DNA of 64,000 nt from Lachnospiraceae bacterium (GTDB lineage: Bacteria > Bacillota > Clostridia > Lachnospirales > Lachnospiraceae), in contig JBJEMA010000074.1 of assembly GCA_051879435.1 (NCBI GenBank), forward strand, positions 27,800 to 91,799, in the 5' to 3' direction. A program made the translations under genes and the position numbers. Positions 1 to 8,123 of this stretch are shown one piece after another (positions within the stretch are counted from its first letter, which is position 1; every line of letters starts with the position of its first letter). Below the pieces are notes generated by a model. The model did no database searches and had not been told where the DNA came from. It worked only from the letters and a program-made list of their open reading frames with translations.

Positions 1-374
1 TATTCCTCTCCGGAACCGATCATTAAAATACGAGGTTTATAATACAGTTCCCGGACTGCATCCAGCACATTGACGCCACCCTTTACATTAATGTCGATGG
101 TAAGCTGCGGATTATTCCAGGCAACACTGACCGAGCTTTGGGCCGCCAGATGAAAAATGTAATCGGGCCGTTCCTCAAACAAAAGTTCCACGATTGCCTC
201 TTTTTCCAAAATATCCAAATCGCAGACCTTCACCGGGGTATCCTCCAGCACTTCCCGGGATAGTTTTGTTGCCACTGTGTCGTAACCCAGATCCCTGCTT
301 AAATGTTCAATCAGATACCGGCCTGCAAATCCGGCCGCTCCGATTACCATTGCTTTTTTCTTTTCTGTACTCAT
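1..374 (-). CDS. rmd: GDP-4-keto-6-deoxy-D-mannose reductase-like extended SDR (partial, runs off the left edge)
   Basis: Not in the ORF track. Manual translation from ATG at 374 (AAGGA upstream): MSTEKKKAMVIGAAGFAGRYLIEHL...PDYIFHLAAQSSVSVAWNNPQLTIDINVKGGVNVLDAVRELYYKPRILMIGSGEE. It has the GxxGxxG motif and lies directly downstream of gmd. Rmd rather than another Gmd paralog is an inference. Confidence 0.7.
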   Translation of the reverse strand, partial: MSTEKKKAMVIGAAGFAGRYLIEHLSRDLGYDTVATKLSREVLEDTPVKVCDLDILEKEAIVELLFEERPDYIFHLAAQSSVSVAWNNPQLTIDINVKGGVNVLDAVRELYYKPRILMIGSGEE

Positions 375-410
375 GTTCCAATCCTTATTTTTGTAATATC
401 GGTTTCGTTT

Positions 411-446
411 TCGAATCTCCGGTTCTCTTCCCCGAATCTCCGGTCA
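411..446. repeat. Short direct repeat CGAATCTCCGGT x2 (20-bp period) upstream of the rmd-like gene
   Basis: tcgaatctccggttctcttcccgaatctccggtcac. Confidence 0.7.
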
Positions 447-469
447 CTTATCGATCACCTTTGGTTTTG

Positions 470-498
470 AAAAAAGGAATTCCTGACGGAATTCCTTT
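470..498 (-). terminator. Rho-independent terminator after gmd
   Basis: Perfect 11-bp inverted repeat AAAGGAATTCC-tgac-GGAATTCCTTT (473-498) ending in a T6 run on the minus strand, about 25 nt past the gmd stop. Confidence 0.7.
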
Positions 499-521
499 CC
501 CATTTTCTGTTTCTTTTCTGA

Positions 522-1553
522 TTATAACTTTGCAAAATCAATTTCTTTCTGTACCAATGCCAGGTCGTTGTCAATCATACGCTGTACAATCTGGTCAAAG
601 GAAATCTCGCGCTTCCAGCCAAGCTTCTCTTCTGCTTTCTTCGGATTTCCAATCAATAATTCCACCTCAGCCGGGCGGAAGAATTTCGGGTTCACCTTAA
701 CAAGCACCTTGCCTGTTGCCTTATCTTTTCCGACCTCATCCACGCCGGTTCCTTCAAATACCACATCAATGCCAACCTTTGCAAAGGCAGCAACCACAAA
801 TTCACGAACCGTTCTGGTTTCGCCCGTAGCTACGACATAATCATCCGGTTCATCCTGCTGTAACATAAGCCACATCGCACGAACATAATCCTGCGAATGC
901 CCCCAGTCACGTTTCGCATCCATATTTCCCAGTTCCAAATGGTCTTCTACTCCAAGTTTAATTCTTGCAACGGTATTGGTAATCTTTCTTGTAACAAATT
1001 CCAAACCTCTTCTTTCTCCTTCGTGATTAAAAAGGATACCACTGCAGGCAAATATGTTAAAACTTTCGCGATAATTCTTTGTAATCCAGTGTCCGTAAAG
1101 TTTTGCAACGCCGTAAGGACTTCTCGGGTAAAACGGGGTTGTTTCATCCTGTGGAATTGCCTGAACTTTACCAAACATCTCCGAAGTAGATGCCTGATAA
1201 AATCTTGCATCCGGCTTCACAATACGAATGGCCTCCAACAAATTGGTTACTCCAATCGCATCAATATCTGCCGTCGCAATTGGCTGCTCCCAACTGGTTG
1301 CAACAAAAGACTGTGCTGCCAGATTATAAACTTCATCCGCCTGAGAAATTCTCATGGCATTAATCAGGGAAACCACATCCGTCATATCCGCATATATAAA
1401 ATGAATCTTATCTTTGATATGTGCTACATTGCCGTAATCCACAACAGATTTTCTTCTTAAGATTCCATATACTTCATATCCTTTTTCCAGCAATAATTCA
1501 GCAAGAAATGATCCGTCTTGTCCATTGATACCTGTTATCAACGCTCTTTTCAT
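522..1553 (-). CDS. gmd: GDP-mannose 4,6-dehydratase
   Basis: ALITGINGQDGSFLAELLLEKGYEVYG, YNLAAQSFV, FYQASTSEMFG, YPRSPYGVAKLYGHW, LFNHE, LGNMDAKRDWG motifs. Confidence 0.97.
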   Translation of the reverse strand: MKRALITGINGQDGSFLAELLLEKGYEVYGILRRKSVVDYGNVAHIKDKIHFIYADMTDVVSLINAMRISQADEVYNLAAQSFVATSWEQPIATADIDAIGVTNLLEAIRIVKPDARFYQASTSEMFGKVQAIPQDETTPFYPRSPYGVAKLYGHWITKNYRESFNIFACSGILFNHEGERRGLEFVTRKITNTVARIKLGVEDHLELGNMDAKRDWGHSQDYVRAMWLMLQQDEPDDYVVATGETRTVREFVVAAFAKVGIDVVFEGTGVDEVGKDKATGKVLVKVNPKFFRPAEVELLIGNPKKAEEKLGWKREISFDQIVQRMIDNDLALVQKEIDFAKL

Positions 1554-1607
1554 CTGAAAAATCCTCTCTTTCCATTCTTCTTTGAGAATATGTCACACTC
1601 ACTCTTA

Positions 1608-1636
1608 ATTGTACTAATTTTATGGATAAAAGTCTA
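1608..1636 (-). promoter_or_regulatory. Putative sigma-A promoter for gmd
   Basis: Minus strand TAGACT-N17-TACAAT, 55 nt upstream of the gmd ATG. Confidence 0.55.
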
Positions 1637-1642
1637 CACCAA

Positions 1643-1897
1643 TTATCCCCTGTTTCCGCCCTCTTTATACCATTTGCTGAATTTGTGTTTCCGATAAGGA
1701 TGGGCCAGTTTTTCCCGTTCCTTTGGATTTTTACACTGCAACTGCATTTCCTCTCGCTCCTTCGCATCCATGGCCATATACTCCGTATAACTAACCTGCA
1801 ATTCCAGGAGTTCCTGATTGCAGGACGGACATTGCAGCCGGTGTCCGCTGAGCATATGAATATAATCACAATTTTCACAGTAATGAATATATAGCAT
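1643..1897 (-). CDS. Small zinc-ribbon-like hypothetical protein (84 aa)
   Basis: CENC-x12-CPSC motif; GGAG RBS upstream; co-oriented and fills the gap between genes. Confidence 0.7.
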   Translation of the reverse strand: MLYIHYCENCDYIHMLSGHRLQCPSCNQELLELQVSYTEYMAMDAKEREEMQLQCKNPKEREKLAHPYRKHKFSKWYKEGGNRG

Positions 1898-1923
1898 TCT
1901 CTATCTCTCCAAGACTCCCTGTT

Positions 1924-2904
1924 TTATTTTATCGAATCTCCCTTGATTGCATGCTTCAGACGAAACAAAAGGCAATAGGGAATTCCCGCATAAAAGAAAC
2001 GGTACCGCTGCCGCTTTTGGAATTTCTCCCATAGAAACATCCACTTCTGCGGAACATCCTCCCGGATAATCCCCTCAGTGGCACGGGCAATCACCGAAAT
2101 AATTTCCTCCCGTTCCTTTTTCTTAGCAAAATACGGATATTTTCTCATTTGCGTATCGTAATGCACCAGCCGGCAAACCGTCAATTCGCGCAAATAGGAA
2201 GAATCAGTTTTCTCTTCCAGTTTTTGAAATACGGAAATAATATCCAGAATGCGCATATCAAAACTGTTGCTGATGCTGCCCTTCCGTATACGGTGAAAAG
2301 CAATCTTTTCCCCGGAAACCACCACCCGTTTGGAATGATACAGGTACTTCAGATAAAAATACAAATCCTGACCAAGCCGGAGATTTTCAAAAAAAATCTG
2401 ATTTTCTCTCAGCCGGTCTGCGCGGTACAGTTTTGTTGCCGGAAACGGACTTTCCAGTGTCAGCGCCTCTGCGAAAACCGGATCTCTTTCATAAATACCC
2501 GGCGCGGCATAAAGCATCCCGGTCGTAGGATATTCATCCATTCCTTTGGTAAAGCTCCCCAGGGCCAGATCTGCCTCATTTTCCTCTAAAATCTGCACCA
2601 ACCGTGCCAGTCCATTTTCATAAAGCCGGTCATCGCTGTCCAGAAACAACAGATATTCTCCTTTCGCCTCCCGGATTCCCCTGTTGCGTGCCGCGGGTGC
2701 CCCCTGATTTTCCTGAGAAAACACACGCATGGCCGGATAAATGCTTTGCATTTTCTTAAGACGCTCCGGGGTATCATCCGTAGAACCGTCATCTACCACA
2801 ATCAGTTCCGTTTCCACGCCCTTAAGGGACATAACGGAATGAATGGCTTCCTCCAGATATTCACTTGTATTGAAAGCAGGTATAATCACACTTACCATTA
2901 CCAT
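1924..2904 (-). CDS. Glycosyltransferase family 2
   Basis: VSVIIPAFN, VVDDGSTD, ARNRGI, LFLDSDD. Confidence 0.93.
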   Translation of the reverse strand: MVMVSVIIPAFNTSEYLEEAIHSVMSLKGVETELIVVDDGSTDDTPERLKKMQSIYPAMRVFSQENQGAPAARNRGIREAKGEYLLFLDSDDRLYENGLARLVQILEENEADLALGSFTKGMDEYPTTGMLYAAPGIYERDPVFAEALTLESPFPATKLYRADRLRENQIFFENLRLGQDLYFYLKYLYHSKRVVVSGEKIAFHRIRKGSISNSFDMRILDIISVFQKLEEKTDSSYLRELTVCRLVHYDTQMRKYPYFAKKKEREEIISVIARATEGIIREDVPQKWMFLWEKFQKRQRYRFFYAGIPYCLLFRLKHAIKGDSIK

Positions 2905-2966
2905 CTTCTCCAGATTCCAAAATCACTCATACCACACCTTTACACCAGGCAACCTTTCAGAATCTG

Positions 2967-3941
2967 TCAGAAAAGATGAAGCAGAATTTTTGCCCGAATG
3001 GATAAAGTAGTCCGGTCATACCAGACATCCTTTGTATCCGGATGGCAAAGCAGTTCCCATGTTTTCCTCCGGCTCTCCTTGTAATGTGCCAGCAGCAAAA
3101 CATCATTATAGTAGCCCCTGTATTTTGCATGGTTCGTCACGCGTATAAATTCCCGGGCCATAAGGCTCACATCATAAGGCTCCTTCCTCTGCAGAAGTTC
3201 CCATTTTTGCCGTACCCAGGAAATGAGTTCTATCTTTTTATGCCCCACACCCACCACATTATTCTCGTGAATCCGATGACTCACATAAGAAACAGGCGTA
3301 TACAGCACCCGGCCCGCATAACAGGCGTAAGATAAAGCAAAACTGTCGTGCATCATCACATGACGAAGATTCATTTTTTTCAACTGCTCCAGTAATAAGG
3401 CATTCATGGACATGCAACAACCCGGCACCTGATTATAGAACAGCATTTTCAAAGGGGAAAAATGTGGCTTCTTTTCAATTGCCTGCAATTTTACAATTTT
3501 TCCGCCTTTTTCCATAAGACGGTAATTGCAGCAGTGTATCATTGGCTCCTGATTTTGTTTTTCTCTCTCCTTCATGGCATTGACTGCTGTTGACACATAA
3601 TTCCGGTCCCACAAATCATCCTGATCCGCAAAAAAATAATAGCCTGCGTCCGGCGCTGTCCGAATCAATTGAAGAAAGCTGTTCTGCGGCCCATGATTTT
3701 TTCCGCAAAGCAAAGTGATTTCACGGAACTTCGAAAAGAAATTGTCAATTCTGCCGTCCCGTAATTCTTTACGCATCTTTTTGATAATATCAACCGTTGT
3801 GTCCGTAGAGCCATCGTCACGAATCACGATTTGAATTTTCCCGACATAATCCTGCATAATAAGACAATATAACTGTTTTTCTATATATTCCGCCCCATTA
3901 TAGGACGAAAGCAGGATAACCACATTTCCCTTTTTTTCCAT
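2967..3941 (-). CDS. GT2, RgpB-like rhamnosyltransferase
   Basis: VILLSSYNGAEYIEKQL, IRDDGSTD, YFFADQDDLW, PGCCM, MHD, HRIHENNVVG. Confidence 0.88.
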   Translation of the reverse strand: MEKKGNVVILLSSYNGAEYIEKQLYCLIMQDYVGKIQIVIRDDGSTDTTVDIIKKMRKELRDGRIDNFFSKFREITLLCGKNHGPQNSFLQLIRTAPDAGYYFFADQDDLWDRNYVSTAVNAMKEREKQNQEPMIHCCNYRLMEKGGKIVKLQAIEKKPHFSPLKMLFYNQVPGCCMSMNALLLEQLKKMNLRHVMMHDSFALSYACYAGRVLYTPVSYVSHRIHENNVVGVGHKKIELISWVRQKWELLQRKEPYDVSLMAREFIRVTNHAKYRGYYNDVLLLAHYKESRRKTWELLCHPDTKDVWYDRTTLSIRAKILLHLF

Positions 3942-3969
3942 TCAGACCTCCACATTATCAGGATGCAGA

Positions 3970-4800
3970 CTAAACAAAAAACAATTTCAACTGTAAGAAA
4001 CACCAACAAATCCAGGCCGCATATTTATAATACCCCCGATATTCGGTGAGATAATAAACATAACTTTTTCCATATTCCCTTCGATAGCGGATTTTCCCCA
4101 GCAGGAAGGATACGGAATCACTATGATCGTGAATAACACTTGTCCGGTTGGCACAGATTACCCGATAACCGGCCGCCAGCAGCCGTTCTGCCAGAATGGA
4201 TTCTTCGTAATATAAAAAAGTATTTTCATCCAGATCTCCCACCTTTTCCATGCATGCATTGTCGAGAAGCATACAACATCCCTGGGGGCGATATACATAA
4301 AGCCAGTCCATATTTTTCACATTCATTTTTCGGCTTCTTATGCGCCAGGAGATGGCGCCAAGGGTTTCTTCCCACATATTTTTTCGAATGATTTCCCGGT
4401 TATACTGATGACCTGTTGGGGCGAAAACATTGGGAGAAACTGCCCCCGCATTTCCTGCTTCCTTCAAAGCTGCAATCATAATTTGCAAAACTTCGTTGTC
4501 CGGAAGAAGAATGTCATTGTTCAGAATCCAGGAATAGGCATACCCATGCTCTCTTGCCCAGCGGATTCCCATATTGTTTCCTTTGGCATAGCCGCCATTT
4601 TGCTCTGCCTTAAGATAAACATAATGCTTTCCGGCATAGCGGCTTAAAACCTCATCACTCTTGTCCGTAGATGCATTATCCACTACCACAATCCGGTATT
4701 TCGGCACAGATGGGCCCTGCAGTTTTTGCTTGATCTGCTTTACCATGTTCAAGGTCTTTTTCCATGAATTATAATTCAGAATTACAATTGCCACCTTCAT
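3970..4800 (-). CDS. GT2 (WsaD/WbbL-like)
   Basis: MKVAIVILNYN, VVDNASTD, NGGYAKGNNMG, ILNND, FLYYEE. Start moved from 4839 to the ATG at 4800. Confidence 0.88.
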   Translation of the reverse strand: MKVAIVILNYNSWKKTLNMVKQIKQKLQGPSVPKYRIVVVDNASTDKSDEVLSRYAGKHYVYLKAEQNGGYAKGNNMGIRWAREHGYAYSWILNNDILLPDNEVLQIMIAALKEAGNAGAVSPNVFAPTGHQYNREIIRKNMWEETLGAISWRIRSRKMNVKNMDWLYVYRPQGCCMLLDNACMEKVGDLDENTFLYYEESILAERLLAAGYRVICANRTSVIHDHSDSVSFLLGKIRYRREYGKSYVYYLTEYRGYYKYAAWICWCFLQLKLFFV

Positions 4801-4887
4801 ACCATTCCCTGCCTTTTTGAAATCCTCATCCTCCAGCATTACGATTCGGTTCCTTTCGGATTTCCCGGCGGAACCTGCCCTGTGTCC

Positions 4888-5931
4888 CTAATTCGTTGCC
4901 TGATCTCTATACCACTGCACAAGCCGGTACAGCCCCATGGTTTCCATACTATTTTTTACGGATTCCTTCATTTTCATCCAACCACGCAGCATACGGAATT
5001 TTCTTCTTTGCACCAGTTCATAATACAAACGGTTCCGCGGACTCATACGGCAAAGATAAGGGTTGCTTCTATATTGCGGGAAGCGCTTTTCCATATAATG
5101 CCATGCCTTTGCAATATATTTCATTTCCACATGATTCTGCAACATCCGCGGAATAAATTCCGTCAAAATATGAAGAATTGCATAATACTCCTGCAATTTT
5201 TCATATTTTTCATTGAGCCCCCGTTTTTTCAAACCTGCGATGGAAAATTCCATTGCCGGAACAATCTCCATCAGTTTCTCGCCCTGGCAATCCGAAGTAA
5301 TGGTACCGGAATGCTGCCGGTAGTAATAAAGGGGCTCCTGTATGGGAACAATCCGTTCCACTCCCGTCATCCAGGAAAAAAAGGCAGCGACATCCTCATA
5401 ATATTGTTTTCTCGGAAAAACTACTTTCCTGTCGCGAAACAAATCGCGATGAAAAACCTTTCCGCAAATGGTTACAGGTACCAGAGAAAAACGTTCCACC
5501 CGATGATTACAGCCCTGTACCACCCGTGCAAAACCCGATTCAAAAATCAGGCGTTCCTCTTTCACATAAACAAAAGGGAACAGCAGAATGTCATGGGTTG
5601 AAGTGAGTTGTTTTCTTTTTTCCGTGATGATTTCCAGTGCCTGCTCTGCCAGATAGTCGTCACTGTCCACAAAAATCAGCCACTCTCCTTTTGCATTATT
5701 AATTCCTCTGTTTCGGACTTCTCCCAACCCCTGATTTTCCTGTGAAATAACGCGAATACGGGAATCCTTTTTTTTATATTCCTCCAAAATGGCAGGACTT
5801 TCGTCCGTAGAACCATCGTTAATTGCAAGAATTTCAAAATCACCATTTTGTACCAGAAGGGAATCCAGACAGGCTGATAAATATGGGGCTGTATTATATA
5901 CAGGCACAATAAATGTATATTCCGGCGTCAT
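4888..5931 (-). CDS. Glycosyltransferase family 2
   Basis: FIVPVYN, INDGSTD, RNRGI, FVDSDD, YYEDV. Start taken as the ATG at 5931, which overlaps the upstream TGA (ATGA). Confidence 0.92.
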   Translation of the reverse strand: MTPEYTFIVPVYNTAPYLSACLDSLLVQNGDFEILAINDGSTDESPAILEEYKKKDSRIRVISQENQGLGEVRNRGINNAKGEWLIFVDSDDYLAEQALEIITEKRKQLTSTHDILLFPFVYVKEERLIFESGFARVVQGCNHRVERFSLVPVTICGKVFHRDLFRDRKVVFPRKQYYEDVAAFFSWMTGVERIVPIQEPLYYYRQHSGTITSDCQGEKLMEIVPAMEFSIAGLKKRGLNEKYEKLQEYYAILHILTEFIPRMLQNHVEMKYIAKAWHYMEKRFPQYRSNPYLCRMSPRNRLYYELVQRRKFRMLRGWMKMKESVKNSMETMGLYRLVQWYRDQATN

Positions 5932-7040
5932 ACTTCCTCGTCCCTCCAAAATGATTCTCTATCCTTCCACACATACCAGAAAATTCTCATATCATCCATA
6001 AAGTACCGACGGAACATCCGCCCCGGCTCCTGCAGAAAGCGATACAACCATTCAAGCCCCACATTCTGCATCCATTTCGGTGCGCGGCGCACTTTTCCTG
6101 CCTGAAAATCTATGGCAGCGCCAAAAGGAAGACCCACTCCAAAATCCATTTCCTTACAATGGTGATACAAAAATTTTTCCTGCTTCGGTGCTCCAAATCC
6201 CACCACCAGCAGATCCGGGTGACATTTATTGACTTTCTCCACAATCAGGCAAATTTCTGCTTCCTTCTCTTCAAAATGCATCGGCGGTTCATAGGTACCC
6301 ACAATGTTCAGCCCCGGATATTTTTTCTCAAGTTCCTCCTTTGCCAGGTTGGCCGCATTGTCCATTCCTCCCAGCAAAAACATGGTACAACCCTTCTGCC
6401 GCGCCATTTCACAGATTGCCGGCAGTAAATCGGAACCGGAAATTTTCTCTTTCAGTTCATATCCAAAGGAATCTGCAATCCACAAAAGCGGCATACCGTC
6501 CGCCACAACCAGAGCGGCGTCCTGATATGCTTCCTGAAATTCTTCATCCCTCTGCAATCGAAACAGATGATCCACATTGGCGGTAACAATATAGTTCTGG
6601 CGCTTCGTCTTTGCAAGGGAAATAATTTCCTCCACGGCATCGTCAAACGTCATGTTATTCAGCCATACGTTCAGAAACGGAATCCGTTTTCGTACGCGCA
6701 GGGCTTTCTTTCGCTTATTCTCCCAGCAAAGCACAGGTAATGCGATAATCATAATTCCGGCAGAATCAAACAGTAAATCCGGCAAATCCCCGTAACGGTC
6801 CACCATAAAAATCTGGATAAATTCGTCCAGAATAGCAATGGCAATGCCAATTGCACAGACATAAAAAAACTTCAATTTCCGATAAATCCGGTTTAATCCA
6901 ACGGCAAATTCCAAGGTCAAGGCAAGGATTGCATACATGGCAAAAACATACAAATCCGGTTGCGGAGACAAATATAAAATTATGGAAGTTATCAACATAG
7001 CGGGAATCCACACAGCGAATTTCCCAATTTTCGTCTTCAT
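5928..7040 (-). CDS. VanZ-like membrane domain fused to WecB/TagA/CpsF glycosyltransferase
   Basis: N-terminal about 105 aa hydrophobic with AILDEFIQIF..RYGDLPDLLFDSAG (VanZ-like). C-terminal TANVDH, VADGMP, SGSDL, VGFGAPKQE, RRAPKWMQNVGLEWLYRFLQEPGRMFRRY (TagA/WecG). Confidence 0.85.
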   Translation of the reverse strand: MKTKIGKFAVWIPAMLITSIILYLSPQPDLYVFAMYAILALTLEFAVGLNRIYRKLKFFYVCAIGIAIAILDEFIQIFMVDRYGDLPDLLFDSAGIMIIALPVLCWENKRKKALRVRKRIPFLNVWLNNMTFDDAVEEIISLAKTKRQNYIVTANVDHLFRLQRDEEFQEAYQDAALVVADGMPLLWIADSFGYELKEKISGSDLLPAICEMARQKGCTMFLLGGMDNAANLAKEELEKKYPGLNIVGTYEPPMHFEEKEAEICLIVEKVNKCHPDLLVVGFGAPKQEKFLYHHCKEMDFGVGLPFGAAIDFQAGKVRRAPKWMQNVGLEWLYRFLQEPGRMFRRYFMDDMRIFWYVWKDRESFWRDEEV

Positions 7041-7059
7041 GATATGAAAGTCCTAATCT

Positions 7060-7110
7060 TTCTTACAAAAATAATATGCATCTTTCTTACGAAATAACAT
7101 GCATCTTTTT
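7060..7110. repeat. Intergenic tandem duplication (about 23-24 bp x2)
   Basis: ttcttacaaaaataatatgcatct / ttcttacgaaataacatgcatct. Confidence 0.7.
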
Positions 7111-7139
7111 CTCATTTCCAGCCAATTCAAAATCTCCGC

Positions 7140-8123
7140 TTATGATTTTGCATGCCTGCGATGATATCCACTCCAATAGAATCGCGGAAAGGTATAAAAC
7201 AAGCGGTAAGGAAATGACTTTGGAATCCGGTACCTGGATATCATTTTCCTTCCCACTCGAAAATATTCTTTTTCCTTTTCCGACAGGGCAGCAGATGGAG
7301 ATGCCAGAAAACAGGTTTTCGCTCCATGTAACAGATTCTCCGCATAAGGAGAATAGTCGGCATAAGAGAATACCTCATTTTCTTCGATAAATTTGTCCAT
7401 GCCAAGCAGACATTCCATATAGCCGGCAAAGCGCCGGCGCAGATTATCGTCTGACCGGGTAATGGAGTCTGTGCGATAGCGCCTGTAATACAAACATTTT
7501 TTTAAGACCACAACGCTGCGGGCATAAAATAAAACCCGGAAATGAAACAGATTATCCTCATGCAAAATTTTTTCCGGGAAGCGAAGGTTGTGCTTTTCCA
7601 GCAGTTCCCGTTCCAGAAAAATCAAACAGCAGGAGCACATGGTAGCATCTGTGGTTTTTGCCTGCTCCCGGAGAAAAGCCTGCCCCGGATAACTTCCGGA
7701 ATAATTTCCCTGATAGACATATCCTTTCTGCTCCACTTCTTCCTGTCCGTCCGTAAATTCAAAGGCCTGAAATTTTACCACATCCGCATTTTTCTCCGTG
7801 GCCTCATTTACGAGTGTTTCAATGGCAGTTTCTTCCAAATAGTCATCACTGTCAAGAAAATAGATATATTTTCCTGTGGCATGTTCCATTCCGGTATTTC
7901 TTGCGGCGCTTAATCCTCCGTTTTCCCGGGTATACAGGGAAAAAAAGGAATATTCACGAACATAACGAGTGGCAATTCCTGCCGAACCATCCACAGAGCC
8001 ATCGTCCACCAGAATGACCTCTAACGGCCGGTATGTCTGTCTTGCCACAGAGGTCAGACACGCATCAAGATATTTCTCTACATTATAAATTGGAATTACG
8101 ATGGAAACCAAATTCTTTTCCAT
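7140..8123 (-). CDS. Glycosyltransferase family 2
   Basis: VSIVIPIYNVEKYL, VDDGSVD, GGLSAARNTG, FLDSDD, HEDNLF. Confidence 0.93.
   Translation of the reverse strand: MEKNLVSIVIPIYNVEKYLDACLTSVARQTYRPLEVILVDDGSVDGSAGIATRYVREYSFFSLYTRENGGLSAARNTGMEHATGKYIYFLDSDDYLEETAIETLVNEATEKNADVVKFQAFEFTDGQEEVEQKGYVYQGNYSGSYPGQAFLREQAKTTDATMCSCCLIFLERELLEKHNLRFPEKILHEDNLFHFRVLFYARSVVVLKKCLYYRRYRTDSITRSDDNLRRRFAGYMECLLGMDKFIEENEVFSYADYSPYAENLLHGAKTCFLASPSAALSEKEKEYFRVGRKMISRYRIPKSFPYRLFYTFPRFYWSGYHRRHAKS

Noticed and set aside
6720-7040. Glycopeptide-resistance gene (vanZ)
   Set aside because: No van cluster; the domain is divergent and fused to a GT in a glycan locus.
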